From: Antedon mediterranea
Lineage: Eukaryota > Animalia > Echinodermata
Direction: 5' to 3'
Assembly: GCF_964355755.1 (NCBI RefSeq)
Contig: NC_092678.1
Span: 15,419,881 to 15,483,880 of the forward strand
DNA length: 64,000 bases
A model generated the notes under the pieces. That model ran no database searches, was not told the origin of the DNA, and was given only the letters and a program-made list of their open reading frames with translations. This document shows positions 50,502-63,213 of the stretch, piece after piece (the stretch's first letter is position 1; each line of letters starts with the position of its first letter). A program made the translations under genes and the position numbers.

Positions 50502-52939
50502 GTAAGCCTATATTATAAAGTAAACCAATACAAAATATGTTGTTTAATTAAAATAATTTATGTACACATCCTTGTATTTACATATTATGTGACCATGAAA
50601 GCAGAATAGAAAACAGCTCATCTACTGTATATAATAATCAGTCGAGTCCACGGTTTCAGATGATAATACAATTTACTGAATATACATTTAAATCGGTGGC
50701 ATACGCTCATACTCATAAGAATACAAAAAGGAACAACAAACTTACGGTGGTAGTCGATCGCACTTCAGTTTTAAAAAAAACCACTGTATTTTTGATGAAA
50801 AAGAAATATAATAATAACCGAGAAATAGTAAATGTAACAAAATTAAAATACAAATTTATAAAACGGAAATCAATAACTGAAATCTTTACATACACAGCAT
50901 TTATAAGCTGCAGTTGTTTTCTAAAACTAATTTGAATATTGCTGGAAAGTAGATATGTGACTCTTTAGATAATAAGAACTTATAGTTATGGTTTATTTTG
51001 CGGTAACCACAAACCATACATAAAAATCAAAGGGAACTTTTAGACGTTAAAAACACAGTAATTCTTATTTGTACATTATCTTGGTAGTCTATAAAGGTTG
51101 TAAAGGCAGTAGGACACTGACTTGTCTTTATTTCGTGTTAATTTGTTGGGAAAACTAATTTATTTTAATTTTATTAAAAACTTCTTAATATTTTGTTATA
51201 ATTTCACTGTATAATAATATAAAATGCAATTATTTAGGTTTTTTTTTTGTTTTACTGCATTTCATCTGATGTTCAAAGAGAAAGGCATGTCAATTAACAT
51301 TGGCATTGTGCACAGATGGCTTTATATTGTATGGTACCAGATTTGACAAAATAACACTAATTTTTAAATTAAATTAAATTTAGACTACTAAAAATAAAAT
51401 AGATTCAGAATTTAAAAAGCTATCCAACGAAACAAAACAAAGATGTGATTTGACAACAGTTTATTTCACTTTTTTCTCAGACTATAGTTATTTTGATTTT
51501 AAATAACTTGGAAACTTGACATTTTATGGCGTAGTAAGTGTAATCCAGTACTGTACTTATATTTAGTATTATAAGATAATATGTAATATAATATAAAACA
51601 TAGGCCTATAAATGGACAAGTATGACAAAGTAGACAGAAAATCAAACAAACATTACTAAAACTGTATTAAGAATGAAACAGTCGCGTGCTCAAGTTAGTG
51701 TTTACCGACCAACCGACCGACATAGTGAGCTGTAGAGTGAGCTAAAAAGTTATCCAACGAGCCCAATTAACTATGTAACCATACGTTTATTGATATTGGA
51801 AATGGAATAAAATGTATCAGTATTACATTCCAAAGATAACATGGATGACCAGATTTAGTGTGGAACCTCGGCCATCTTGAAATACAAAATGGCGGCTGAA
51901 GAAGTGGTTGAAACAATGGCATCTAACTGTTTTGGATTCATGAGCATCTGAAGAATAACAAAATTAGCTAAAAAATATATTATGTCTTCGAGCTGGAAGA
52001 CATAATAATTCTTACTACATACCTATGTGCAATAAACAATGACTTTGTGTTGGCGGTCAACCTAGGCCAGGTAGCATTGCGCGGGCGGGTATAATTACCG
52101 TCTGTATATAATTATTGATATTATTTGTCATAGAAATTGTGTTTTTGGGTATGTGTTGGTCACTCCAACCTTAGGGAGTAACGCCCCAAACCCGGAATAT
52201 GCATAGTACTATAGTTTAGTTACAGGATTGATATGATTTGTTGTATACAGTATAGGCCACAAACTTTGTTCTGAAATAAAAGTTGATTAATTAATTGATA
52301 ACCTAAATCAACTAGAGAAGGTCGAAGGACAACCGAATCCAATCATAATACACATCCTAAAAAAACGTATGTATTTAATAATCCCCGATACGGTATAATT
52401 AATAGAGCATTTCAGACTATATTTACTACTACTACTGATTGTCAAACCAAAATAATTGATAATAAATCATTATTTCTTAAATTATTAGGAAGAATATAAA
52501 TACAAAAAGCATATTTTATTGAAGAAAGAAAAAAATGTAATTAAAACTAAGTAAGTAAAAATAGAGCGGAGTTTTTTGTAAGAATATTTCTTTTTCACTG
52601 TAGAGCTTCGTTGTTGTTTTAACATCGTGCGTGATACTATGCTGCGTATTCTACAATTTGTCACCACAGCATAAATCCTTTTCATCACCAATACCAAGGG
52701 ATTATACAGCACGATTACGAAATTCGCAACGGTAAGAACCCAATGCTACATTTTGAAATATAAATTTAAATTAAATACTGTAAGCAAAAACGTATGATGA
52801 CATTGACTCTATTAGTTAAAAAACGTTGGGGTTTTTTTGTCCTGATTACTTAATTGGGTGAATAAACTGAAAATTATAGTTTGAATAGCAATAACACAAT
52901 AATTTTACATTATTGTATTGTATTTTATTTTAATTTGTT

Positions 52940-53340
52940 GTGGACGAAACATTACTAATAGAATTATCTTATCTTGTTCAACGGAAGTTTGTACGTTTCT
53001 TGTCTTATAACTGTGTTAATTTTGCCTTTTCCATTGATTCTGTCAGCAATCGTCGAACGATATCTGATATGGTTTTTTTATATAATAATATTTTAAATTC
53101 TAAATATGACTGTTCATTAATTTCACTATTTAGTTTAAATGTCCCTGGTCGTACAAGAAATAGACATTTAGTACATATTCCTTTTAGCCGTGTCGACTGT
53201 ACTAAAAGGGGATTTTTTCATAGACTACCATATACATTTAATAATCTAAATAGCAATCATATTGATATTTTTAATGATAGACTTGGTTATTTTATGAGGA
53301 CGATTATGTGTTCACTTCTTGAACAGCCTGCATAACCTGT
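52940..53340 (+). mobile_element. 3' fragment of CR1/Jockey-like LINE ORF2
   Basis: VQRKFVRFL...RR.ISDMVFLY..LN...SLNVPGRTR...RLPYTFNNL. Confidence 0.65.
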
Positions 53341-53494
53341 TAATATAAATTTTAAATTGAAATTGTTTATGGCATGCCGATCTATGTTATATATATTATA
53401 TTAATGTTCATTGCATAATGTGTTTATATATATATATATAAATATATATATAAATAAAATAACAGCAGAAAACTTGGTTACTTCATTGTTTTAA

Positions 53495-53550
53495 TCACTA
53501 CAAATTTGTTTCGTACGACCAGCATGTAACTGGCCGCACTCTTCAGGTGA
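53495..53550 (-). ncRNA. Minimal type I hammerhead ribozyme (mirror copy)
   Basis: Exact reverse complement of 53575-53630. Confidence 0.8.
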
Positions 53551-53574
53551 AATATAAATGATAAGTTTTATATT

Positions 53575-53630
53575 TCACCTGAAGAGTGCGGCCAGTTACA
53601 TGCTGGTCGTACGAAACAAATTTGTAGTGA
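53575..53630 (+). ncRNA. Minimal type I hammerhead ribozyme
   Basis: TCAC-CTGAAGA-GTGCGGCCAG(ttacatg)CTGGTCGTAC-GAAA-CAAATTTG-TA-GTGA: intact core, stem I TCAC/GTGA, 10-bp stem II, palindromic stem III, GUA cleavage triplet. Confidence 0.85.
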
Positions 53631-53756
53631 TTAAAACAATGAAGTAACCAAGTTTTCTGCTGTTATTTTATTTATTTATGCTCTACCTTGGTATTGAGCA
53701 CTCTATCCAAACGGTCTGAAAATTTCAACCTAAATATATATATATATATATATATA

Positions 53757-54355
53757 TAAATCAATGATGTTGCGTAGCACTGCGTAAATTATATATAAAT
53801 CATACTGTAAATTATAGAAACAGTGCTCATATTCGGAACATGATCTCATAATCGCGTCGATCTTAGCTCATTGGCGAAAGTTCCGTATTTTTTAGTTGTA
53901 TGAAAAAATGCCTCTGGCTGGATTCGAACCTGCAACCTCTCGCTTACAGGGCGAGTATCATACCATTAGACCACAGAGCCATGTATGGTATTATCACAGA
54001 TTTTCACCCACCAGATACATTCTCTCATACAACAAACGCCCTCACAATCAGTGGAGGCTTAACAAGTCAGAATAAATTCCAACTTTAATTCGCAACGGTT
54101 TTTTAAATAATATTGTGTATATGTAAATCAATGATGTTGCGTAGCACTGCGTAAATTATATATAAATCATACTGTAAATTATAGAAACAGTGCTCATATT
54201 CGGAACATGATCTCATAATCGCGTCGAGCTTAGCTCATTGGCGAAAGTTCCGTATTTTTTAGTTGTATGAAAAAATGCCTCTGGCTGGATCCGAACCTGC
54301 AACCTCTCGCTTACAGGGCGAGTATCACACCATTAGACCACAGAGTCATGTATGT
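53757..54355 (-). repeat. 367-bp tandem repeat (1.6 units), each unit with a tRNA-like sequence (53909-53980, 54276-54347)
   Basis: GGCTCTGTGGTCTAATGG...CTCGC-CCTGTAA-GCGAG..GGTTCGAATCC; Thr(TGT)-like but with stem mismatches and C at position 33. Confidence 0.75.
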
Positions 54356-54547
54356 TTTGACTAAATAAAATAAAAATAAAATAAAATAAAATAAAATTGT
54401 ACGTGTGTTTATGAGTTCTTCCAGAGTAAGTGTTTTTTAAAGGTCTGTCTACACTATCATAATGTATGGGACAAAAAAATGTGATGTGCCCATATCTGGA
54501 CATGATGACGTTATATTACTACCATATTTCGGAATATCACTAACATT

Positions 54548-54680
54548 ATTAGTCGCGGGAAAAACGACTCTACAGCTCTATATGTCGGTCGGTTGGTCGG
54601 TCGGTCGGTTGGTTAGTCGGCCAGTAAACACTTAATCAAATTTGAGCACGCGACTGCAGCTATGTATATGGCCTTGTTTG
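54548..54680 (+). mobile_element. Helentron-associated (DINE/HINE-like) element nested in a Harbinger-like MITE (~54440-54730)
   Basis: TAGTCGCG..CGACT, (GTCG/GTTG)n microsatellite, CGCGACT...GGCCTTGTT; inverted fragments at ~51680-51750 and 54770-55085. Confidence 0.6.
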
Positions 54681-55087
54681 GACGCATAAAACTTCTTTGT
54701 CAAACTAGTTTGATAGTGTAGACAGAGTTTTTGTAATGCGAGGCAAAGGTTACCACATCTGCTGAATGAATATGAGTTAGTGTTTACCAACCGACCAACC
54801 TACCGAAATTGCTAAAAAATGTTTAAAAATGTTGAACAAGTTTTAAAAACATTTATAATTACTTGCCTCCAAGTATTAATATCCAGTGTCAAAATAACGA
54901 AAAAAATATGAATATGAGTTAGTGTTTATCGACCGACCGACCAACCGAAGTTGCTGAAAATGTTTAAAAAAATGTTTATAACATTTATATTTGCCTCCAA
55001 TTATTAATATCCAGTGTCAAAATAACGAAAAAAATATGAATATGAGTGTTTATAGACCGACATAGTGAGAGATGGAGAGTCACGTAT

Positions 55088-55730
55088 AGGCCTACCTTTT
55101 TCTGTTGCCCAATAAAAAATACCGTATTTTTTTACCTGCGACATGAGGTCAAGATCGTGTTTTTATTTTCTGTCGCTGTCAGCTGTTTTACACACGTGTA
55201 TAGATATATTCGGCGAAAATGTGGAGCGAAGACGTCACAGTAGTTACTATATAAATCTGTGTGGGGAAGAAGGGGGTGGGGAAGCTAAAATGTCCGACCA
55301 ACTAAAAGGTACTAAAAGGGACAACCAAATTTATAAAGACATTTATAAAAAATAAAGCAGGAGTATGGAATAGACTTGTCTCCAAAGTAAGTAAACTCAA
55401 AGCTGAAGAGCCTGCAAAAGCAGTACAACATTGCAAAATACAATAACTCGGGCAGGGAACGAATTACATTGTCCCCATTACGATGTTTTCTGTGCTCTCA
55501 CAACATCTCTATCACTAGGGCAAGGCTGTAGAAAGTGAGACGTAGAACTTCCTTTATTGCGACTTTTAATTATCGACCAAATAAATGAATGGCAATTTGT
55601 GTAAAAAGGATGAAATTTAACACAACCAACCAAGAAGTATTGTTAGCAGAAACGGGGTACTAAAAAATACCGTATTTTATATACCGTATTTTTATACCGT
55701 ATTTTGAGAAGTTGCAGCGGAAACAGGCCC
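55088..55730 (+). mobile_element. Harbinger-like element with Myb/SANT-like gene remnant
   Basis: Ends related to 8313-9231; frameshifted DQLKGTKRDNQIYKDI..KQEYGIDLSP..VNSKLKSLQKQY..NNSGRERIT at ~55290-55490. Confidence 0.6.
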
Positions 55731-56021
55731 TATGATGGATTTCATTTTTATTTTTTTTTAGGTTTATAAGTGTCATCATTAACAACCTATGACATTTGAC
55801 TCACATTTGTCCACAACTTAAATGTACTAACATTTTGTAACGATCGCATACCGGTACTTTATTTTAATACTATATATTTTTGAAAATTATCAGAATACAA
55901 ATTGAAAGCATTTTATTTACTTTCGTTTTGAAGATTTTATATTTTCTTTCACTTCACAGTCACTTCCACTTATTCTCTAACTATAAACTTATAAGGTTTA
56001 ATTTTGTACGTACTCATATTA

Positions 56022-56430
56022 TGCTTAATTTTTAAAACGTACGTAGATACTTAATTTCTAAACGTACGTAGATACTTAATTTTTAAACGTACGTATATAC
56101 TTAATTTTTAAACGTACGTAGATACTTAATTTTTAAACATGCGTAGATACTTAAGTTTTAAACGTACGTAGATACTTAATGTTTAAACGTATGTAGATAA
56201 TTAATTTTTAAACGTACGTAGATACTTAATTTTTAAACATGCGTAGATACTTAAGTTTTAAACGTACGTAGATACTTAATTTTTAAACGTGCGTAGATAA
56301 TTAATTTTTAAATGTACGCAGATGCATAATTTTCAAACGTACGTGGATGCTTAATTTTTTTTAAACGTACGTAGATGCTTAATTTTTAAACGTACGTAGA
56401 TAAATAAAAAGAAAACAACTTAATTTTTAA
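56022..56430. repeat. 25-bp minisatellite, about 15 copies (TTAATTTTTAAACGTACGTAGATAC)
   Basis: Direct inspection. Confidence 0.92.
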
Positions 56431-56709
56431 AGCATCCATGCCTATTTTGTATCCTATTCCTTTTTCCCAATTTTTTTAATATTTTGTATTACATATTACT
56501 ATCTTATTCGATCTATGGAATTAAAATGTATGAAATGTATGTTATATTTAAACGCAAGTGCAGAAACGTCATTTTAACGTTCTGTCTATTGCGCGCGCAA
56601 CATAAACTAGTTGCAAAATGTTCACTCAACACTAATTCATGATTTAAATGAACTAACAGTCTGCGCTACATGGAAGACAATTATAAACAATTATTCTCTC
56701 TTTCAATAG

Positions 56710-57790
56710 GCCTACGATTAAAGTTCCAAAATGCAGCCCAAGACAAACTATAGTTTTCCTGAAGACTCACAAGACGGGTAGTACAACTCTTGCAAGACTC
56801 ATTGAGTTGTACGGATACAAACATTCACTAACGTTCGTGAGGAAAATAGGAGAAAAGGGATCAATTCATTTCGGTAATCGAAATTTTGAGTATAAATCTC
56901 ATAAGATGTTTCTACCACCTCCCAATGTAACTAAGGGAGATTACTCAAACTATAAATACAATATATTTACATTGCATGTTCGTTATAATAGAGAAGTGTT
57001 AAATACATTCATGCAAACAGATCCTGTTCACATTACAATAATAAGAGAACCATCGGCACAGTTAGAATCGGCGTTTATGTTTTTCCGTTTTGGAAAATAC
57101 GTTAACAGCACAGCAAAAGGTATTCCGCCTTTTGAAGCGTTTGTTTCTAACCCGACAAAATATCGTAAAGCTGCGTCTTCTATCATGGGTTATAACGACC
57201 AAATGTTTGATCTTGGGTTATCTAGGAAGAGTTTTCGTAATGAAACAATAATAAATAAGACAATAGCTAGACTTGATCAAGATATGGACCTAGTCCTCAT
57301 AAACGAGTTCTACGACGAATCTTTAGTGTTACTTAGTAAACTACTTTGCTGGAGTCTAGAAGATGTATTATATCTTCCAAGAAATATGAGACCAACATCT
57401 AAAAAAAACGCTATGTCTGAGGCGATTCGTGAGAAAGCTCGAAAACGGAACCATGCCGATACACTGCTGTATAATCATTTTCTAAAACGACTGCATGAAC
57501 GCATAGTTGACTACGGACCATCGTTTGAAGGAGATCTTGTGCGATTCCGTAATATGACGTCAGAGTTGTGGCGTAAATGCGTCGACGGGCAGGTTTCCGG
57601 TGAGAAACGTATGAAATATAAAATACGTAATTCTAGCAAGGAATGCCAATATCATACCGAAGCGCCACAACAGATGAACAAACGAATTAGAAAGATGATG
57701 CTAAACGGGACAATCCCCCTGAACCGGAAAATACCCCTGAACCGGACAATCGTTAGCAAGAAAAAAAGAAGAAGAAAAAAAAACCCTTAG
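56710..57790 (+). CDS. Galactose-3-O-sulfotransferase (GAL3ST-like), complete catalytic exon, copy 2
   Basis: Acceptor tttcaatag; CSPRQTIVFLKTHKTGSTT (5'-PAPS loop), ITIIREPSAQLESAF (3'-PAPS motif), NDQMFDLG, DESLVLL; open to TAG. Confidence 0.92.
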
Positions 57791-57904
57791 AATCACACGT
57801 AAAGAGATAGGTGGCAAACACCACCTATTTATCTTAGTACCATACCACAGCTCAGTATAATAGCACATGTGTGCGCGCCGAATCAATAAGTGATGACTAA
57901 ATCC

Positions 57905-58175
57905 GATTTTTTACTAGGCGAATTTGTTCACGCGAATCGAAAGCGTCAGCTTATACGCATGCGCAGAGAGGTATTTGGAAGATACAAAAATTAATACGCA
58001 TGCGTATAAGCAGACGCCAGTGATTCGTGTGAACACATTCGCCTAGTGGAAAACCAGTTTAAAATCGATGTTCCACTAGGCGAATTTGTTCACGTGAATA
58101 AAATACTTCAGGTAATACGCATGCATATAGGCTGGCGCTTTCGATTCGTGCTAACAATTTCGACTAATGAAACAT
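57905..58175. mobile_element. Two adjacent small foldback MITEs (CACTAGGCGAA family)
   Basis: ACTAGGCGAATTTGTTCACG / CGTGTGAACACATTCGCCTAGTGG, repeated. Confidence 0.6.
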
Positions 58176-61100
58176 ATGCTTAAAGCGCATGCGTATATAA
58201 ATACATCTAATTTTTGTGACGTGAAAATGCGTCAAATCAGATCATGGATTAAAGAATAGAAGGATGCATCAGTTGGAGATCAAAGCTTCCATGGATCTAA
58301 ACGACAGAGCGCGGACCGCCCACAATTATAAAATAAACACAGTTTAACTTTTAACCGTCGCAATGAAACTGTCGAGTGCCTAATATATTGTTTACTGCAC
58401 ATGCGCAACAACACCGTTAACCTTGTTGGCTATTCTTTCGCGCGTTTTTGTTGGCATGATTAATACTTCATATTTTTAGCGCTAGGTGCTATGGCGACGA
58501 AAAAACCTTTATGCGACGAATTTAATTATAACTTTTCTGAATTCAAATTAAAAGATCTCCCAGAAATATTACAAGATTATTAATAAATGTAATTACAAGA
58601 TTAAATAAATAAACATGTTTGTAAATTGTAGTATCCTTTCGGTTTAATAAAAATATTAATGTTACCAACATTTTTTAAATCTGGCGCGATTGGTCTACGC
58701 GAAATTGTTATGACCTTAAAGTAGCATTTTATGACCTGTAGTGGCCAGCCAATCCATGATCGCAGTTTTCATTCGATTAGGCCCGGTGATTGGATGTGAT
58801 GTGGATGACATAACAACTAGCCAATCACTAGGCACTACAATTTAAATATAATCACATCGATAATTAGGGAGATTTATGAAGAAACCACTGCTTAGCCATA
58901 TATTAAAAACGCGTTTGTTGTACATGACACCACCATACAGGGTAACAACATACATGGTCAAATGCATAATTTAATATTCTATAGATTAACGCAATTTTTT
59001 TATGACAGGAGGTGGCAGGCCAATATGATAATTCAATATAAAAATTGCATATTTTATTAATATTGCCAACTAATTAAAATTACGGTCGTAAGAAAGTGAA
59101 CATTTCGTAGTCCGATTGTGATGAAATTAAAACAGAATTGTTCAGCAATATATTGTTGTTGTCAATTAATCCTCGACGCAGATATGTCAATACAACAATC
59201 AGACTGCGCATACGATTTCTACATTGCTACGTTTTGTAACAGTTGATACGGAGTTCAATGAGCGTGTTTCTTTGATTGGCAGCAGTGCTTTATTATAGGC
59301 AAGCGCGTTGGAAAATCGTTTGATGTCACCGTCGGGGCATAACCTTCTATTCCTAAATCCATGAATGAAATAAAGTAATTAAAATAGAAAATTTTATTCT
59401 CCAATTGTGTAACATATTGTGGAAGATACTTACTAATCATTAAGTACTATTCCACGGGGTAATGTAAAATATACATCGTGCTGTTGATAGAGCTGTACAT
59501 TAGTATAGAACATTATTTTAAAAAGCAAACCATTAGGATCATCTATAGATCGGATATATAATTTGTATAAAATACAGTATTACTGAACATACCTCAGTCC
59601 TCTTAACACAAGTATAGATAATTGACATTTTTGTATAATAATGGTTATAACTGTTATAGTAAGGTATTTGACTGTTGGTAAATGCCAAATTACAAACAAT
59701 TGTAATGATTAGTATTGCAGAAATCGTGACAATATTGCAATATGGTTATATAATGCAATCAATGTTAAGAAGATGCTTACCAATAAAGTAATGAATGAAT
59801 GAATGAATGAACACTTTTACTGCAGGTAGTTGATCAATTTGGTAATTACAAACTTTCGTTTCATCTCTACCTTATCTTTTAATGAGAGTGTTGTGATGTG
59901 ATGCCAGTTAAATGAAGAGCAGGTCATATTATATAACTTGTATAGTCTTCAATATGTTTCAATTAGATTTCTTCGTACATTCCATTTCGTTTCAATGTTA
60001 ATATAGACATTGACGTAATGACGTAGCCTTGTAAGTAGAAACACAAACTGAACTAGAATATCTTGTGAAAATAGTATGAATTGAGAATGAGAAATTAGAA
60101 TTATTTCTTAATGTCACAAAAGCGATGCGGATCTCTAAAACACAATCAGACATCTAATTTCAACTATCATTAAACCTTAGAAATTATTTGGCCAATTCAA
60201 CTATATCGGTTTTGTGTTACGCTAGCGACCGGACAGGACAACAAACAAACACAGATAAACCATCATTGGATGGAAATGTCATTTATTCAAATGACGAATA
60301 TTAAAACGTGTATATTGGTAAAACATAGATGACATATCACTTCTAGTATAAAACTTAATTATATTACATAATATAAAATGGGTCACGCCCTATACGTTAT
60401 GTCATCTGAAACATAAATCAAATACTGCATAACGGATATCAGTTATCGGAATATTTAAACAAAGTATAAATCAAAGTATTAAACTCTACTTACTAAACAG
60501 TACTTAATATTAGGTTAACAAATTTGACTTAAGGGTCATTCCATCTCAGTTCACCCAAAAAAAATGGAATTTTATACCCTACCTCTTCCAATTTTGATGA
60601 AATTTGGTATATGGGTGATTCATAGCAATTAAAGCCAAAATTTCAAATTTTAACTTTATCGGACCAACGGTTTTCGAGATATCGCAATTTCAATTTTCGG
60701 TTTTTACGCAAAAAAGGGCGCGGCCGCCACGTTTCAAAGAGCTGTATCTCGGGAACTATATGTTCGATTTTAAAAACAAAGGTATTTTTGTAAAGGGGAG
60801 ACCATAAGGAACCTAAATATACCAATTGTGTGTGTTTTATGTTAATTTTAAGTTGAATAAAACTTTGACATATATTTTGACCTTGAAATTGACCCCGTGG
60901 AACACGCCCGATTTGTTGGTGACTATCACGAAAAATGTAGCCCTACGTGTCAACTACAACATTTAAAAAAATTGGAGGTTTTTTTTTGTTTGTTTCCATG
61001 AAATTACAATTTGAAGTTGACATACCTCTTCCTTTTAGTGTATTTTTGGTGTTGTTATACTTATACACAGTGTGAACACTAACTGTTAAGGTGTCTTATT

Positions 61101-61222
61101 GTTACGCTTTCTCATCAGGCCCACTTAAACAGTAGATATATTTTGATATGAGAAATACTGGGTAACTCACATACTTTTCAAATCAATTTTGACACATAGT
61201 TTAGTGTCCTTACTATGTTATT

Positions 61223-62441
61223 ATGCACATTAACATATGCATAATAAGTGATTGCAGAGAACATACAACAGTTACTGTATATGCCTTTTTAAAGGTTGTC
61301 ATCCCCTATTTAAAAACAAAACTACCAACCATGAAAAAAGTTCATTATTTCACAGATGGATGTGGCAGCCAATACAAAAACAAATATAACTTTATTAACC
61401 TTTGCCACCACCAGGAAGATATTGGTTTAGACGCCAAGTGGAATTTTTTCGCTACATCACATGGCAAGGGTGCATGTGATGGCATAGGTGGAACAGTTAA
61501 GAGGCTTGTCACTAAGAGAAGCTTACAGCGTTTCACTGAATGTCATATTCTCACATCTCTTAGTATGTTTGACTACTGTGTAATTTTTTATTTTTATTTT
61601 ATGTCTTTAGGCAATGTGGCCAAGGATTACCAATAGTGAATTAATCACTGTCCTATCAAATAGGTGGTAATCCCCCTGATACAGGGGCTATTGTGTGAAC
61701 CAGTTCACCGGGGTAACCCCCTACTCTTTTTCGAATAATGGTTTATAGTCCTTATCCGAGAAGACTTGTTCCACCACCAGAACTAGGAGCGAGTCGGCCT
61801 CGAACCCTTGCCGATGTTGTTCTTGGCTCTTTAGGTACGGTAAACGGCGCCCCTGCCTTAACCGCTCGGCCATATGACTCGCTCATATGGACATTCCAGG
61901 CATCAACTTTATTCATGTGGGAATAGATGAGGTATCTACTGTGGAAAAAGAAATAAAGCCGAGATTCAACCTCGCCCAGACCATCAAGGGTTCATTACAA
62001 TATCATCGCTTTGTTCCTGTTTCTCTGGCACAGATGCAGGTCTACAAACTTAGTACCCAGATAAACCCTCCGGATGTGGTAGTGATTCAAGAATCTTTCA
62101 GTGATGAAAATGAAATTGTTGCTGATACACAAACCACCATTATTAGACTTCAGAATTTTGTGTGCTGTAGTTATGATGGTGTCCCATGGATTGGTTTGGT
62201 TGTGGATGTCTCAGAAGAGTTTCGGGATTATCAAATTAAATTTATGCATCCTCATGGGCCAGCGAAAACCTTTTATTGGCCGTCCAAAGAAGACTGTTGT
62301 TGGATTCCTGAATCAAATGTACATTGTATTATAGCTTCTCCGTTTATAAAATCCTCTTTGACTAGGAATTACAGTATTTCCCAAAATGATCGCCACAACC
62401 TTTCTAAATACTGTTTGAATTGGCCAGATGACAAGGAGTAA
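61223..62441 (+). pseudogene. Transposase C-terminal part, interrupted by a SINE
   Basis: ORFs 61223-61636 and 61887-62441 read as one protein once 61580-61884 is removed. Confidence 0.8.
61580..61884 (-). mobile_element. tRNA-derived Deu-core SINE inside the transposase
   Basis: Reverse complement: TGGCCGAGCGGTTAAG...GGTTCGAGGC...TTCGAAAAAGAGTAGGGGTTACCCCGGTG, A-rich tail. Confidence 0.82.
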
Positions 62442-63213
62442 AGGCCAGACATAGACAATTGTAACATTATAATATTTAGTTTGTAAATAAAATTATTTTT
62501 GGAAAACATCAAATTGACATTGAAGTAATGCATGGACAGACACCAAAAATACACTAAAAGGAAGAGGTATGTCAACTTCAAATTGTAATTTCATGGAAAC
62601 AAAGAAAAAAACCCCTCCAATTTTTTTATATGTTGTAGTTGACACGTAGGGCTACATTTTTCGTGATAGTCACCAACAAATCGGGCGTGTTCCACGGGGT
62701 CAATTTCAAGGTCAAAATATATGTCAAAGTTTTATTCAACTTAAAATTAACATAAAACACACACAATTAGTATATTTAGATTCCTTATGGTCTCCCCTTT
62801 ACAAAAATACCTTTGCTTTTAAAATCGAACGTATAGTTCCCGAGATACAGCTCTTTGAAACATGGCGGACGCGCCCTTTTTTGCGTAAAAACCGAAAATT
62901 GAAATTGTGATATCTCGAAAACCGTTGGTCCGATAAAGTTAAAATTTGAAATTTTGGCTTTAATTGCTATGAATCACCCATATACCAAATTTCATCAAAA
63001 TTGGAAGAGGTAGGGTTTAACTCATTGGGTGATCTGAGATGGAATGACCCTTAAGCATCAAATATATACATCTATAAATCTACTTGAGTCTGATTAAAAT
63101 ACAATAAAATATGAAATTGGCTGTATATAAGACATGATTCTGGGTGTCAGCGCCAAAAACCCAGCCTTGGATGGGTTCCCACCCAGACCAAACAAAAACC
63201 ACGGACCTGCCCC

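Larger units (their letters stand above)
53450..53733. mobile_element. Penelope-like element terminus in inverted arrangement between (TA)n tracts
   Basis: Perfect 109-bp inverted repeat (53450-53558 / 53567-53675) containing a hammerhead motif. Confidence 0.75.
60533..63050 (+). mobile_element. Sola (probably Sola2)-like DNA transposon, internally deleted
   Basis: TTAA|GGGTCATTCCATCTCAG ... CTGAGATGGAATGACCC|TTAA, ~520-bp near-identical TIRs; transposase motifs YFTDGCGSQYKN and FFATSHGKGACDGIGG; subgroup assigned from recalled motifs. Confidence 0.82.

Noticed and set aside
53830-53890. HDV-like ribozyme (CGGAAC...GGCGAAAGTTCCG)
   Set aside because: Could not build P1/P3/L3 with a consensus loop by eye
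53909-53980. Functional tRNA-Thr(TGT)
   Set aside because: G-G mismatch in the acceptor stem, A-A in the T stem, C instead of U33; part of a repeat unit
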